DNA of 64,000 nucleotides from a candidate division TM6 bacterium GW2011_GWF2_32_72 (GTDB lineage Bacteria; Babelota; Babeliae; Babelales; CAIQNR01): NCBI GenBank assembly GCA_945882015.1, contig CAMCVM010000004.1, positions 35,473 to 99,472 of the forward strand, read 5' to 3'. Shown piece by piece: positions 28,921 to 38,089 of this stretch (position 1 is its first letter; each line of letters starts with the position of its first letter). The notes under the pieces were generated by a model. It saw only the letters and a program-made list of their open reading frames with translations, ran no database searches and was not told where the DNA came from. The position numbers and the translations under genes were made by a program.

Positions 28921-30321
28921 CTAAAGATTTTTTAAAATAACTCGCTCTTGGAAAAGAATTTTTTCATTACCAATAATTTGGTACTCATCAGGGCCTTTTC
29001 CTAAAATTAAAATAATCGATGTTTTAATAGAACATTCATATGCTTTTTCAATTGCTTTTTGACGGTCTACTTGAACAATCACTTTATCTTTAAATTCCGA
29101 GGCAATACCTACCTTAATATCATCAATAATAGATTCAACTTTTTCATTACGTGGATTATCGGCTGTTAAAATGACAAGATCTGCAAACTCAGCAGCATAC
29201 TGTCCCATCAATGGCCGCTTGGTGTGATCTTTGCCGCCACCTGCACCAAACACTACAATTAAATGATTCGTCCACGGACGCACTGTTTCAAACAACCCTT
29301 TAAAAGAAGCTGGGGTATGCGCATAATCAATAAATGCACGCGCTCCATTAGGTAATCGATATTCTTCAAGCCTACCTCGAAGCCGAGGTAAATGTATTGT
29401 GCCTTTTTTAAGAGACTCTTTATCAATACGTAATGCATAACATAAAGCAAGGCAAGCGAGTAAATTATAACTATTAAATTCCCCTGGAAAATTCTTATAA
29501 GTAAAATGATCTTGATCAATCACTAATTCTTGCTCATAAAAATCACCTTGATAGGTATTATTATCTTTTTTGCCATAGCTTTTATACTGCTGATTATCAC
29601 TATTGGTTGCCAAAATTCTCTGCCCGTAATGATCATCGCCATTAATTAAAATGGGGGCATCTGGTTTTGCGTACTTAAAAAGTTGATATTTAGCTTGGAA
29701 ATATTCTTCCATGGTTGGATAGAGTTCCCCATGCTCTCTTTCTAAATTTGTAAAAATTAAACCATCAAACGCTAATGTTTCAATTCTTCTAAATGTTAAT
29801 GCTTGAGCTGCAACTTCCATAACCACATATTCTATTGATTGTTCAACACACACCTTAAAAAATTGATGTAAATAATCTGGTTGGGGAGTGGTTAAAGGAG
29901 CAGGCAAAGTGATAGCCTCACCAATCTTATTTTCAACAGTACCAAGAGCAGCAACCTTATACCCAGAAGACAATAAAAGGTTATACAACATATGCCCTGT
30001 TGTTGTTTTACCTTTAGTGCCGGTAATTCCTAAAATTTTAAGTTTTCTTGCTGGATACCCTGCCGCTTGCGCACTTAAAACCCCTAAAGCTTTACGTGCA
30101 TCTTCAACTTTTTCAATTGTTGCCCCTGCTTGGGTTATCAATGCAAGTAACTGTTCAGAAATGGCAGTTTCCTGTTGAATAACAATTTTTTTTGCTCCCT
30201 TTTGCAAGGCAGTTTGAATATAAGCAATTCCATCCTGATTCATTCCATTGATGGCAACAAATACTGAACCGTGACCTACATAATCAGTGTGACACGTTAC
30301 AGGAAAAACTTTTGGTAACAT
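28921..30321 (-). CDS. murE: UDP-N-acetylmuramoyl-L-alanyl-D-glutamate--2,6-diaminopimelate ligase
   Basis: 466 aa. P-loop GITGTKGKTTT and Mur ligase middle and C domains. LTADNPRNE carries the DNPR motif associated with meso-DAP-adding MurE. Confidence 0.9.
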   Translation of the reverse strand: MLPKVFPVTCHTDYVGHGSVFVAINGMNQDGIAYIQTALQKGAKKIVIQQETAISEQLLALITQAGATIEKVEDARKALGVLSAQAAGYPARKLKILGITGTKGKTTTGHMLYNLLLSSGYKVAALGTVENKIGEAITLPAPLTTPQPDYLHQFFKVCVEQSIEYVVMEVAAQALTFRRIETLAFDGLIFTNLEREHGELYPTMEEYFQAKYQLFKYAKPDAPILINGDDHYGQRILATNSDNQQYKSYGKKDNNTYQGDFYEQELVIDQDHFTYKNFPGEFNSYNLLACLALCYALRIDKESLKKGTIHLPRLRGRLEEYRLPNGARAFIDYAHTPASFKGLFETVRPWTNHLIVVFGAGGGKDHTKRPLMGQYAAEFADLVILTADNPRNEKVESIIDDIKVGIASEFKDKVIVQVDRQKAIEKAYECSIKTSIILILGKGPDEYQIIGNEKILFQERVILKNL

Positions 30322-30339
30322 AACAGTAACGCCTTATAA

Positions 30340-31662
30340 TTAAGCTTTTAATGATACCATAACCTGTGCTCTAATGTATGGCAATAACCATAAAATACCA
30401 AATAAGTTAATCAATAAACAGCCGCCGTTAACAATGTCAATTGCTGCCCAGACAACAGAAACATCTGCAATTGAACCCCAAAAAGCGCATGCTGAAAAAA
30501 GTATTGTAAACACATGCTCAAATCGATCTTTTGTTAGAAAAAGCCAACATTGACGACCAATAAATCCATATGCCACAAAAACACCTACCCCAAATAGTAA
30601 CGTTAACGCGGTAACAATCCATCCTCCGGCAACCCCAAAAGCTGTTTGAAAAGCTGCGGAAGTTAATGCTGAACCATTTGCATTAGTTTGCCACGCTCCA
30701 CTTACAACAATACTTAATGCAACCATTGTGCAGACAAGATTTGCACTAATAAAAGTTCCCAACATTGCAGAAAGGCCATCTTTTAAAGGATTCTTACTGC
30801 CTGCTGAACCATAAATAACTCCTGCTGTTCCTAAGCCCGCTTCACTTGCGTTAATGGTACGTGTTAAACTTGAACTAAATAATTGTTGCACAGTAACTCC
30901 AACTGCTGCCCCTGCAAAAGCTTGCGGATTGAATGCGCTTTTTACAATTAACATTAAAGCTGGAATAAGTTCTGCCCAATGATATAAAAGCACCGCAGTA
31001 CAACTTATAAAAAATAATCCCACCTTAAGAGGAACAATAAAACTTGAAATTTTTGCAATTCTACTTGCCCCGCCCAATAAAATATATGCTACAAAACAGG
31101 TTAGAACTGCCCCAATAATCCACGGAGAAAGTGAGGGTATAACTTGGGTCAAAGCCATACTAATTGAATTGCATTGCATTGAGTTACCACTTGAAAATGA
31201 GTACCCCAAGCAACACAATGCATAGATTGTTGGCAAATATGCCCCACCTGGAATTTTACCTAAATATAAAAATGGCCCACCCAAAGAGCGACCGGTATGT
31301 GAAACTGACGAAAATGATGTTGCTAAAAAGACTTCACAAAATCGCAAAATCATGCCTAAAAAACCGATAACAAATATCCAAAACGTTGCACCTGGTCCAC
31401 CCGTATGAATTGCCGTTGCAATACCAGCAATACTGCCATTACCAAGAGATGCGCTTAATGCATTTAAAAAGGCTTGAAGCGGACTTAATTCCCCTGAACC
31501 CTTGCCATCTTGAGCAAATATTAAAGACCAACTGGTAAAAAATTTTCTCAATTGAATAAAGCCTAAACTGATCGTTGCAGTTAAAGAGACCCCTATTACA
31601 AATACTAAAAAAGGCAGTCCCCAGATAAGATCTCTCAATTGCAACAGCAGATTGTAAAACAT
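30340..31662 (-). CDS. Sodium:alanine (AGCS family) symporter
   Basis: 440-aa polytopic ORF. N-terminal IWGLPFLVFVIGVSLTATISLGFIQLRKF and overall layout are typical of the alanine/glycine:cation symporter family. Confidence 0.82.
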   Translation of the reverse strand: MFYNLLLQLRDLIWGLPFLVFVIGVSLTATISLGFIQLRKFFTSWSLIFAQDGKGSGELSPLQAFLNALSASLGNGSIAGIATAIHTGGPGATFWIFVIGFLGMILRFCEVFLATSFSSVSHTGRSLGGPFLYLGKIPGGAYLPTIYALCCLGYSFSSGNSMQCNSISMALTQVIPSLSPWIIGAVLTCFVAYILLGGASRIAKISSFIVPLKVGLFFISCTAVLLYHWAELIPALMLIVKSAFNPQAFAGAAVGVTVQQLFSSSLTRTINASEAGLGTAGVIYGSAGSKNPLKDGLSAMLGTFISANLVCTMVALSIVVSGAWQTNANGSALTSAAFQTAFGVAGGWIVTALTLLFGVGVFVAYGFIGRQCWLFLTKDRFEHVFTILFSACAFWGSIADVSVVWAAIDIVNGGCLLINLFGILWLLPYIRAQVMVSLKA

Positions 31663-31741
31663 AATCTTTCCTTCCTACAGAATTTAGAGCTATAATGACT
31701 ATTTAACTAAGTATACTCTTTTTATAAGGAATGTCTTGCCC

Positions 31742-32152
31742 ATGAAAATTCTTGCACTCGATCTAGGAGATGTTTGGACAGGAACAGCACTTTCTGATGC
31801 ACTAAAAATGTTTGCAAAACCATATCAAACAGTTAAAACGCAAGCATTAATTCCATTTTTAGAAACTACTTTTAAAGAACAAAAAATTTCAACGGTTGTA
31901 GTCGGCTATCCAAAAACATTAAAAGGGACAGAAAGCGACCAAACCAGAAAAATTGTAACTCATAAAGAACAACTTGAAAAGCAATTTCCATCAGTAGTTT
32001 GGGTCTTATGGGATGAACGAATGACCAGCAAACAAGCTCAAGTTATTCATAACAAAAAAGACGATAAGCAAAAAGTGCATTCTATCGCTGCGGCACTAAT
32101 TCTTGAAACTTATTTACTGTATCTACAAATCCATCAAGACTCTTTCAAATAA
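31742..32152 (+). CDS. ruvX: Putative pre-16S rRNA nuclease / Holliday junction resolvase-like YqgF
   Basis: MKILALDLGDVWTGTALSD...VVVGYPKTLKGTESDQT...DERMTS matches the YqgF/RuvX pattern. Start could also be TTG 31736. Confidence 0.8.
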   Translation: MKILALDLGDVWTGTALSDALKMFAKPYQTVKTQALIPFLETTFKEQKISTVVVGYPKTLKGTESDQTRKIVTHKEQLEKQFPSVVWVLWDERMTSKQAQVIHNKKDDKQKVHSIAAALILETYLLYLQIHQDSFK

Positions 32153-32158
32153 TAAAAT

Positions 32159-32186
32159 TTGTTGCTTGAAATATTTGTGATAGAAT
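32159..32186 (+). promoter_or_regulatory. Sigma-70-type promoter with extended -10 for the zinc-ribbon/tsaB unit
   Basis: TTGTTG (32159-32164), 16-nt spacer, TGaTAGAAT (TAGAAT 32181-32186), 47 nt upstream of ATG 32234. Confidence 0.45.
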
Positions 32187-32233
32187 AGACCTCTAAAAAG
32201 TAGAACTTACGTACCTTAAAAAAAGGAGATACA

Positions 32234-32413
32234 ATGAAGTGCAAGAAATGTGATGGACTCATGGTTCTACAGTCCTTTTTTGATCATTTTTTGAATTTCG
32301 ATGGTTGGCGATGTTTAAATTGCGGCAAAGTTATCCCACAAAAAAAGACAGCCATAGAATATGATGCTTTTGGAGTATTTTATCAACAACAAAAATGTAA
32401 AAATAAAAAATAA
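32234..32413 (+). CDS. Small zinc-ribbon protein (59 aa), below the ORF-track cutoff
   Basis: Own translation: MKCKKCDGLMVLQSFFDHFLNFDGWRCLNCGKVIPQKKTAIEYDAFGVFYQQQKCKNKK. CxxC-X20-CxxC. AAGGAGA RBS 5 nt upstream. Ends 2 nt before tsaB. Confidence 0.45.
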   Translation: MKCKKCDGLMVLQSFFDHFLNFDGWRCLNCGKVIPQKKTAIEYDAFGVFYQQQKCKNKK

Positions 32414-32415
32414 AA

Positions 32416-33066
32416 ATGGATCGTTATTCACTCATTGCACAAGCTACTTATCAAGGAATACAATACGCTCTTTATCAAGAGAAAAAAATTCTTGAAAAAT
32501 CATTTCTAATTAAAACAGAAACATGCAGATTAATGCATGAATTTAATCAATTATTAGCCAGACACACTCTTGATTGGTCTAACATAAGTTTAATTGGCGC
32601 AAGCCAAGGGCCTGCACCTTTTACCACATTGCGAGCATTAATAACTACGTTAAATGGAATTAGTTTTGCAAAAAAAATACCCATGACCGGGGTTGATGGG
32701 CTTACAACTTTTTATCAAGAACAACAAACATTGTGCCCTGATAAAAATGTAGTGATTATACTCAATGCATTTGGTAATGATGTGTATTATGCTTTGAAAA
32801 AAAATGATGCTCTAAAAACAGGCTGGCATAATGGCACTGAATTTTTACATGAATTAACAAAAGATAAAACAACTAAAAATTATTGCTTTAAAGGTAATGG
32901 AGCTTTATTGCACCAAAACTTAATCATGCAACTCTTTGCCTCTTTTAATCCACAACAATGCCCAGAACATCCAACTTTAGAGTCAATAGCTTTAGAATGC
33001 TTCAAAAAAGAAAAAGTGGTATCGCAATTAACCCCTCTTTATCTAAAGACACAAAATTTTAAATAA
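32416..33066 (+). CDS. tsaB: tRNA threonylcarbamoyladenosine biosynthesis protein TsaB (YeaZ)-like
   Basis: 216 aa. GASQGPAPFTTLRALITTLNGISFAKKIPMTGVDGL parallels the GPGSFTGLRIG...P..GV.SL core of TsaB. Confidence 0.7.
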   Translation: MDRYSLIAQATYQGIQYALYQEKKILEKSFLIKTETCRLMHEFNQLLARHTLDWSNISLIGASQGPAPFTTLRALITTLNGISFAKKIPMTGVDGLTTFYQEQQTLCPDKNVVIILNAFGNDVYYALKKNDALKTGWHNGTEFLHELTKDKTTKNYCFKGNGALLHQNLIMQLFASFNPQQCPEHPTLESIALECFKKEKVVSQLTPLYLKTQNFK

Positions 33067-33102
33067 TTATTTTTTCCTTGTTAAATAATTATTGTAAAAG
33101 TT

Positions 33103-33531
33103 TTAGCTTAAATTTTCAAAATGCTTTTGAATTTGTCTTTCTTGTTCTCTACTAGCTTTCATAGCATCGATTGCTTTCAAAGCAGCTAAACGACTGGTTG
33201 TTGGAACTCGATACGGTAAATCAACTTGATTTACTGTACCGGTAGCACGCGGTTTTCCTGGTTTCTTTTTTCTCTTATTACCAACTTTTTGAACTGCAAA
33301 TGTTACTGCTCTTTTCTTTCGATCATCGGCTCGTTCTATTGATCTTTGTTGCGCTAGCTGTTCCAAAATTTTTCTCACCACATCTTCTGAAAACTCAAGT
33401 TGCTGGACTGGAAGATACGAACATTGTTGCGCTTGTTCCGCAAGAAGACCCAAAAATGAATCTGAAGGTGCATCATGAAAAGCAGCGTTAACCGATCCAC
33501 TTATAAAAAAAAGTATCAAAACAATAATCAT
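33103..33531 (-). CDS. Exported basic protein with NLS-like KRKKKPGKPR tract
   Basis: 142 aa. Signal-like MIIVLILFFISGSVNA, then RKKRAV...GNKRKKKPGKPRATG...TTSRLAALKAIDAMK. No enzymatic domain recognised. Confidence 0.55.
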   Translation of the reverse strand: MIIVLILFFISGSVNAAFHDAPSDSFLGLLAEQAQQCSYLPVQQLEFSEDVVRKILEQLAQQRSIERADDRKKRAVTFAVQKVGNKRKKKPGKPRATGTVNQVDLPYRVPTTSRLAALKAIDAMKASREQERQIQKHFENLS

Positions 33532-33670
33532 AAGTTTGTGCCTTTCTTAAAACACAAATTTTAAAAGTTTATTTTTAATTCAAACAAATGTATTATTTTA
33601 TACTTTTTATTAAATAATTGCTCTTATTAAAAGTTATTATTTTTAGAAATTCAATGATTGATTAACCTTT

Positions 33671-34006
33671 TTACCAACAACTGCATCCATGAGTGTTGTT
33701 TACTTGATGTTTTACGAGTGCATTTAGTCTACAATACGAACGACCACATCTATCACAAGTAAACGGTTTTTCGCCAGTATGAACTGGACGATGCTCTTTA
33801 AGACGAGCTGGATAATCAAAAACTCTCAAACAATCTTGGCACTGCCTATCAGGTTGAGTAACTCTAGGGTTAACTTTTTTTACTGCTGCCAAACGCGCAC
33901 TTCTTCTTATGAGTCCAGATACTATGTAGGATTTATCTTTTTCCCTGGCAACAACTGATTGAATAGTTTGAACCGAAAAAGAAACTAGTCCTATAAAGAA
34001 TACCAT
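33671..34006 (-). CDS. Exported protein with two eukaryote-type C2H2 zinc fingers and an RRSARLAAVKK motif
   Basis: 111 aa. Hydrophobic N-terminus MVFFIGLVSFSVQTIQSVVA. CQDC-X12-H-X3-H, TGEKPF linker, CDRC-X12-H-X5-H. Confidence 0.65.
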   Translation of the reverse strand: MVFFIGLVSFSVQTIQSVVAREKDKSYIVSGLIRRSARLAAVKKVNPRVTQPDRQCQDCLRVFDYPARLKEHRPVHTGEKPFTCDRCGRSYCRLNALVKHQVNNTHGCSCW

Positions 34007-34099
34007 TTTTGCATAACCACTCCAATTAATAAGTTATTTTAAATGTAATTCATTAAAGAATACCTGAAATTACTCATTAAGTCTATCGAACCTTTTATT

Positions 34100-34807
34100 T
34101 CAAAGTGAACGAACTAAACTTGCAAAAGTAATAGCTGCTTGTTGTGCTCTTAAAATAGTAGGTCCCAAACAGATAGGTTGTCCTTGTTGATTTTTAAGTA
34201 ACAACTCTTCTTGAACAGTTAATCCGCCTTCTGGTCCTACTAATAATACAACTGGTTCTGTTGCCTTTGCTATAGGCGCTCCTGCCGGATCAGCGTATAA
34301 TATTTTTTTATCATTGTGTTCTTGTAATGCCTTTTCTAACGCAATTGGCGCACTTATAGTTGCAAAAGAAAAGCATTTTGACTGTTCTGCAGCAGCTACA
34401 ATAATTCTTTCAAGCCTTTCTAATTCTTGTTTACCACCCCAAGCACGTTGTACCTTTTCGGTTAAAACTAATTGAATTTTGGTAACTCCTACTTCAACTG
34501 CTCCGTAGATTGCATGTTCAAGCGCTTCTTTTTTAAGCAATGGCAACAACAAAGTAATTGATGGGCAATACTGCTGATTTGGTGTTACGCTTTTAATCAA
34601 ACCGGTTATCTCTTTTTTGCCAACAGCAGTAATAACAAATAAAGCATGCTGTTCCTGTGTAAACAAGATCAGCGTGTCATCTTTTTTTAAACGTAATACA
34701 TGAACAATTCGATGCACTAAAGCAACGTCAACTATACCACAAGGGCCTTTGGCAAATGGTTTGCCCGGAGAATACAGTGCAAATTCGTGTTGAGTGTCTT
34801 TTTTCAT
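34100..34807 (-). CDS. rsmE: 16S rRNA (uracil1498-N3)-methyltransferase
   Basis: 235 aa. HRIVHVLRLKKDD at the N-terminus and VVLLVGPEGGLTVQEE plus LGPTILRAQQAAI at the C-terminus are typical RsmE (SPOUT) motifs. Confidence 0.85.
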   Translation of the reverse strand: MKKDTQHEFALYSPGKPFAKGPCGIVDVALVHRIVHVLRLKKDDTLILFTQEQHALFVITAVGKKEITGLIKSVTPNQQYCPSITLLLPLLKKEALEHAIYGAVEVGVTKIQLVLTEKVQRAWGGKQELERLERIIVAAAEQSKCFSFATISAPIALEKALQEHNDKKILYADPAGAPIAKATEPVVLLVGPEGGLTVQEELLLKNQQGQPICLGPTILRAQQAAITFASLVRSL

Positions 34808-35169
34808 TTTGATGTTTTAAAGGTTAAGAAATTTGTAATCCAATTTTTGCAACTAGCATAAGAACCAACAACATAGACATGCCATAGATACGCGGCAGCC
34901 AATTGGGCAGTTTCAAGATTATAGGTTATTTTTTGATTTTTATGCGGTACTTCTTTTACAGAAGGGTCTGCTGCCAAATCATCAAGAAAGTTACTTCCAT
35001 CAAATTCTGAATCATCAAAAGAATTCTCTTCTGGACTTTCTTGCACTGGTAATTGTTGGCATGTAGCAAATTCTTCAAAGGAACAAGGCTGTTCACCTTT
35101 GATGGTATAATTATTAATCAAAGAAAAAATTAATCCGATTGAAAGTAGCAGTTTCATTTTATTTTTCAT
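34804..35169 (-). CDS. Exported acidic protein, unknown function
   Basis: 121 aa. AAAGGA RBS, signal-like MKNKMKLLLSIGLIFSLI and an acidic middle EENSFDDSEFDGSNFLDDL. Overlaps the rsmE start by 4 nt. Confidence 0.5.
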   Translation of the reverse strand: MKNKMKLLLSIGLIFSLINNYTIKGEQPCSFEEFATCQQLPVQESPEENSFDDSEFDGSNFLDDLAADPSVKEVPHKNQKITYNLETAQLAAAYLWHVYVVGSYASCKNWITNFLTFKTSK

Positions 35170-35252
35170 AGAAAAGTCCTTTTACTAGCCTAAACAATAC
35201 GATATACAGTAGTATAACAAATATAAGATTTATTAAAAAGATGGGACAGCAG

Positions 35253-36749
35253 ATGAAAAATAAAGCGCCTACAGCATTGGTTATTCTTGATGGTTTTGGG
35301 TTTTGCAAAGAAACAACACATAATGCTATAGCCCAAGCCCACACCCCGTGCTTTGATGAACTACTGACTACCTACCCAGCAACACTTTTAAAAGCTTCTG
35401 GGATGGCTGTTGGTCTTCCAGAAGGATCGATTGGCAACTCTGAAGTTGGCCATTTAACCATTGGTAGCGGATCGGTTGTTTTGCAACCTTATACTATTAT
35501 TCATGAAGCTATAAAAGACAAAAGCTTTTATACCAATAAAATTTTAATAAAACATCTTAAGCATCTTAAAGAAAGACAAAAAACTCTGCATATTATGGGA
35601 CTTTTATCTGATGCAACAGTACATAGCCATATCGAAGATCTTTTTGCTTTTTTAACTGCTGCAAAGCAACAAGGGCTGACTGATATTGTGGTGCATCCTT
35701 TTTTAGATGGCCGGGATGTAGCGCCTCAGTCTGCTACTGTTTATTTGGAAAAACTTGAAGCATTTCTTAAAGATTTAAAGGTTGGGGTGATTGGGTCATT
35801 GCATGGCCGTTTTTATGCAATGGATCGGAATAATCATTGGAACTTAACAGAATGCAGTTACAATGTTTTAACCAAAGTACAATTAACAGAAAAAACAACC
35901 TGGCAAGCGGTTCTTCAACAAGCATATGACGAAGCTATTACTGATGAATTTATTCAACCAATTCAACTATGTCCTCAAGGGCTGATTAAAAGTCATGATG
36001 GCATCATATTTTTTAATTTCAGACCTGATAGAGCCAGACAATTAACTGCTGCATTTATCAATCCGCCTGCTGATTTAAAAACTAAACCTCTTTCTTTAAC
36101 TTTTTTTATCACCCCTGTTTCTTATGGACCACTTTATTTAACTACTTTTTTATACAATAAACCGCAGGTTACCCAAACACTCAATAAGATGCTGGACAAA
36201 ATGGGTTACTCTATTTTTACTATCGCTGAAGCTGAAAAATATGCTCATGTAACCTATTTTTTTAATGGCGGGCAAGAACAAACATTACCCAATGAAAAAC
36301 GTGTATTTATTCCATCATTGCCCGATAAAAAATATGACCAACATCCTGAAATGTCTGCTCCTATTATTACCGATGCAATTGTTGACTCACTTAAACACGA
36401 TATGCGCGATTTTTATGTAATTAATTATGCAAATGCTGACATGGTAGGTCATTCTGGAAATTTTCAAGCAACCATCAAAGCAATTGAGTGTTTGGACAAA
36501 CAATTACAGACTTTGTATGCAGAAATTGTGCAAAAACGTAATGGAACATTATATATCACAGCCGATCACGGAAAAGCCGAAGCCATGTTTGATGAAAAAA
36601 ACAATCAGCCACGCACAAGCCACACTGCCAACCCTGTTTTTTTTATTATGGTTGCTAAAACTCTTAAAGAACGAACTGATGAACTGCCCTTAGAAGAACT
36701 TTCTGATATCGCTCCATTTATTGTTCACAATATTACCCAAGAATCATAA
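35253..36749 (+). CDS. gpmI: 2,3-bisphosphoglycerate-independent phosphoglycerate mutase
   Basis: ALVILDGFG, GNSEVGHLTIGSG, ANADMVGHSG and ITADHGKAE motifs. Start may be ATG 35241 or 35253. Confidence 0.93.
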   Translation: MKNKAPTALVILDGFGFCKETTHNAIAQAHTPCFDELLTTYPATLLKASGMAVGLPEGSIGNSEVGHLTIGSGSVVLQPYTIIHEAIKDKSFYTNKILIKHLKHLKERQKTLHIMGLLSDATVHSHIEDLFAFLTAAKQQGLTDIVVHPFLDGRDVAPQSATVYLEKLEAFLKDLKVGVIGSLHGRFYAMDRNNHWNLTECSYNVLTKVQLTEKTTWQAVLQQAYDEAITDEFIQPIQLCPQGLIKSHDGIIFFNFRPDRARQLTAAFINPPADLKTKPLSLTFFITPVSYGPLYLTTFLYNKPQVTQTLNKMLDKMGYSIFTIAEAEKYAHVTYFFNGGQEQTLPNEKRVFIPSLPDKKYDQHPEMSAPIITDAIVDSLKHDMRDFYVINYANADMVGHSGNFQATIKAIECLDKQLQTLYAEIVQKRNGTLYITADHGKAEAMFDEKNNQPRTSHTANPVFFIMVAKTLKERTDELPLEELSDIAPFIVHNITQES

Positions 36750-37310
36750 CTCTTTGCGATAATGAACATATTTGCGTTCTTGATTAACTTCTTGATAACC
36801 AAGGCGAGTGTATAATTTACGTGATGATGCATTTTCTATCCACGTTGCAAGTTTGACAACTTTTGCACCCATTCCTTTAAGGTCTTGTTCTGCATACTTT
36901 ACCAATTTTTCAGCATATCGTTTTCCACGAAATGCCTGATCAATATCAATAAATAAAATAGTGCCTTCAAAAGAATTTTTCATATAATAAGCTCCAAAAC
37001 CAACTAGTTGCTCTTCTTCTTGCAAAACAATAATTGATAATTTACCTTTGTAATGAGGTTCATAATTGTTTGGTGAACGAGTATCAAGCATATAATCAAC
37101 ATCATAGTCAGGAGAACTAATTAACCAATACCAATTTTGTTTAAACTGCTCTTTAATAAAGGCTCTGTGTTTTTCAGGTACATATGCAACAACAGAACTT
37201 ATCTGATTTTGTTGTGACTGAACCTTAAAAGTATTGTTTGACCAATACCAATAACCTGTTCCACTACCTGCAAATACTAACAGTGCCACTACTAATTTTT
37301 TATAATTCAT
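36744..37310 (-). CDS. Membrane-anchored GNAT-family N-acetyltransferase
   Basis: Start at MNYKKLVVALLVFAG (ATGA overlap with the truA stop). TM anchor, then GNAT motif A region IDIDQAFRGKRYAEKLVKYAE...LYTRLGYQEV. Confidence 0.7.
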   Translation of the reverse strand: MNYKKLVVALLVFAGSGTGYWYWSNNTFKVQSQQNQISSVVAYVPEKHRAFIKEQFKQNWYWLISSPDYDVDYMLDTRSPNNYEPHYKGKLSIIVLQEEEQLVGFGAYYMKNSFEGTILFIDIDQAFRGKRYAEKLVKYAEQDLKGMGAKVVKLATWIENASSRKLYTRLGYQEVNQERKYVHYRKEL

Positions 37311-38068
37311 ATAAGATCTTCCATCTTTTGATAATAATCTATTTGCATTAAGCATAACCCTTTAGCAGGGGCTGTTGGCAATACTTTTGCCATTTTCTTT
37401 TCAAACAAAGCCCGTTTAAGATCATTAATCTGCACGGTTGGTTGAGTGGCGGCAGCAAAAGCTGCTCCAACAATACGCCGTATCATAAAACGTAAAAATG
37501 ATTTACCGGTTATTTTAATAACCACTCCACCAGTTTTTTCACAGGGAAAAAGAGCAATAGCATTAATCGTTTTAACGGTATTTTTTTCGGGTACTTCTTT
37601 ACAATAAGCACGAAAATCATGTTCCCCAAGAAAAAGCGTTAAAGCGCGAGATAATTTTTCAAAATCAACTGGGCGTTGAATAAAAGCACCAAATCGTTGT
37701 ACCGTTGGGCTTGGTCGTTGTGTAAAAAAAGTATAATGATATGTTTTTAAAGCAACAGTATGTTGCGGATGAAATTTAGGATCAGCAAGCACTAAGTCAG
37801 TGATAACTATATCTTCAGGCAATGCATTATTAAGAATCCATCGTAATTTTTGAGGTTCTATAACAAGATCTGTTTTTATTCTTACTACTTGCCCAGCAGC
37901 ATGAACCCCAGCATCGGTACGTGAAGCACCAACCAACATACATGTCTGATTAAAAGTTTTTAAAAATGCTTCACGCAAAACACGATCGACTGATCGCTGA
38001 TGAGGTTGCCACTGCCACCCATGATAGTCAGTACCATCATAGGCAACAGTCAGTTTGTAAGATTGCAC
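37307..38068 (-). CDS. truA: tRNA pseudouridine38-40 synthase
   Basis: 253 aa. YKLTVAYDGTDYHGWQWQP and GASRTDAGVHAAGQV (catalytic Asp motif). Confidence 0.9.
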   Translation of the reverse strand: MQSYKLTVAYDGTDYHGWQWQPHQRSVDRVLREAFLKTFNQTCMLVGASRTDAGVHAAGQVVRIKTDLVIEPQKLRWILNNALPEDIVITDLVLADPKFHPQHTVALKTYHYTFFTQRPSPTVQRFGAFIQRPVDFEKLSRALTLFLGEHDFRAYCKEVPEKNTVKTINAIALFPCEKTGGVVIKITGKSFLRFMIRRIVGAAFAAATQPTVQINDLKRALFEKKMAKVLPTAPAKGLCLMQIDYYQKMEDLI

Positions 38069-38089
38069 TGCACAACAAACGTTATATGA

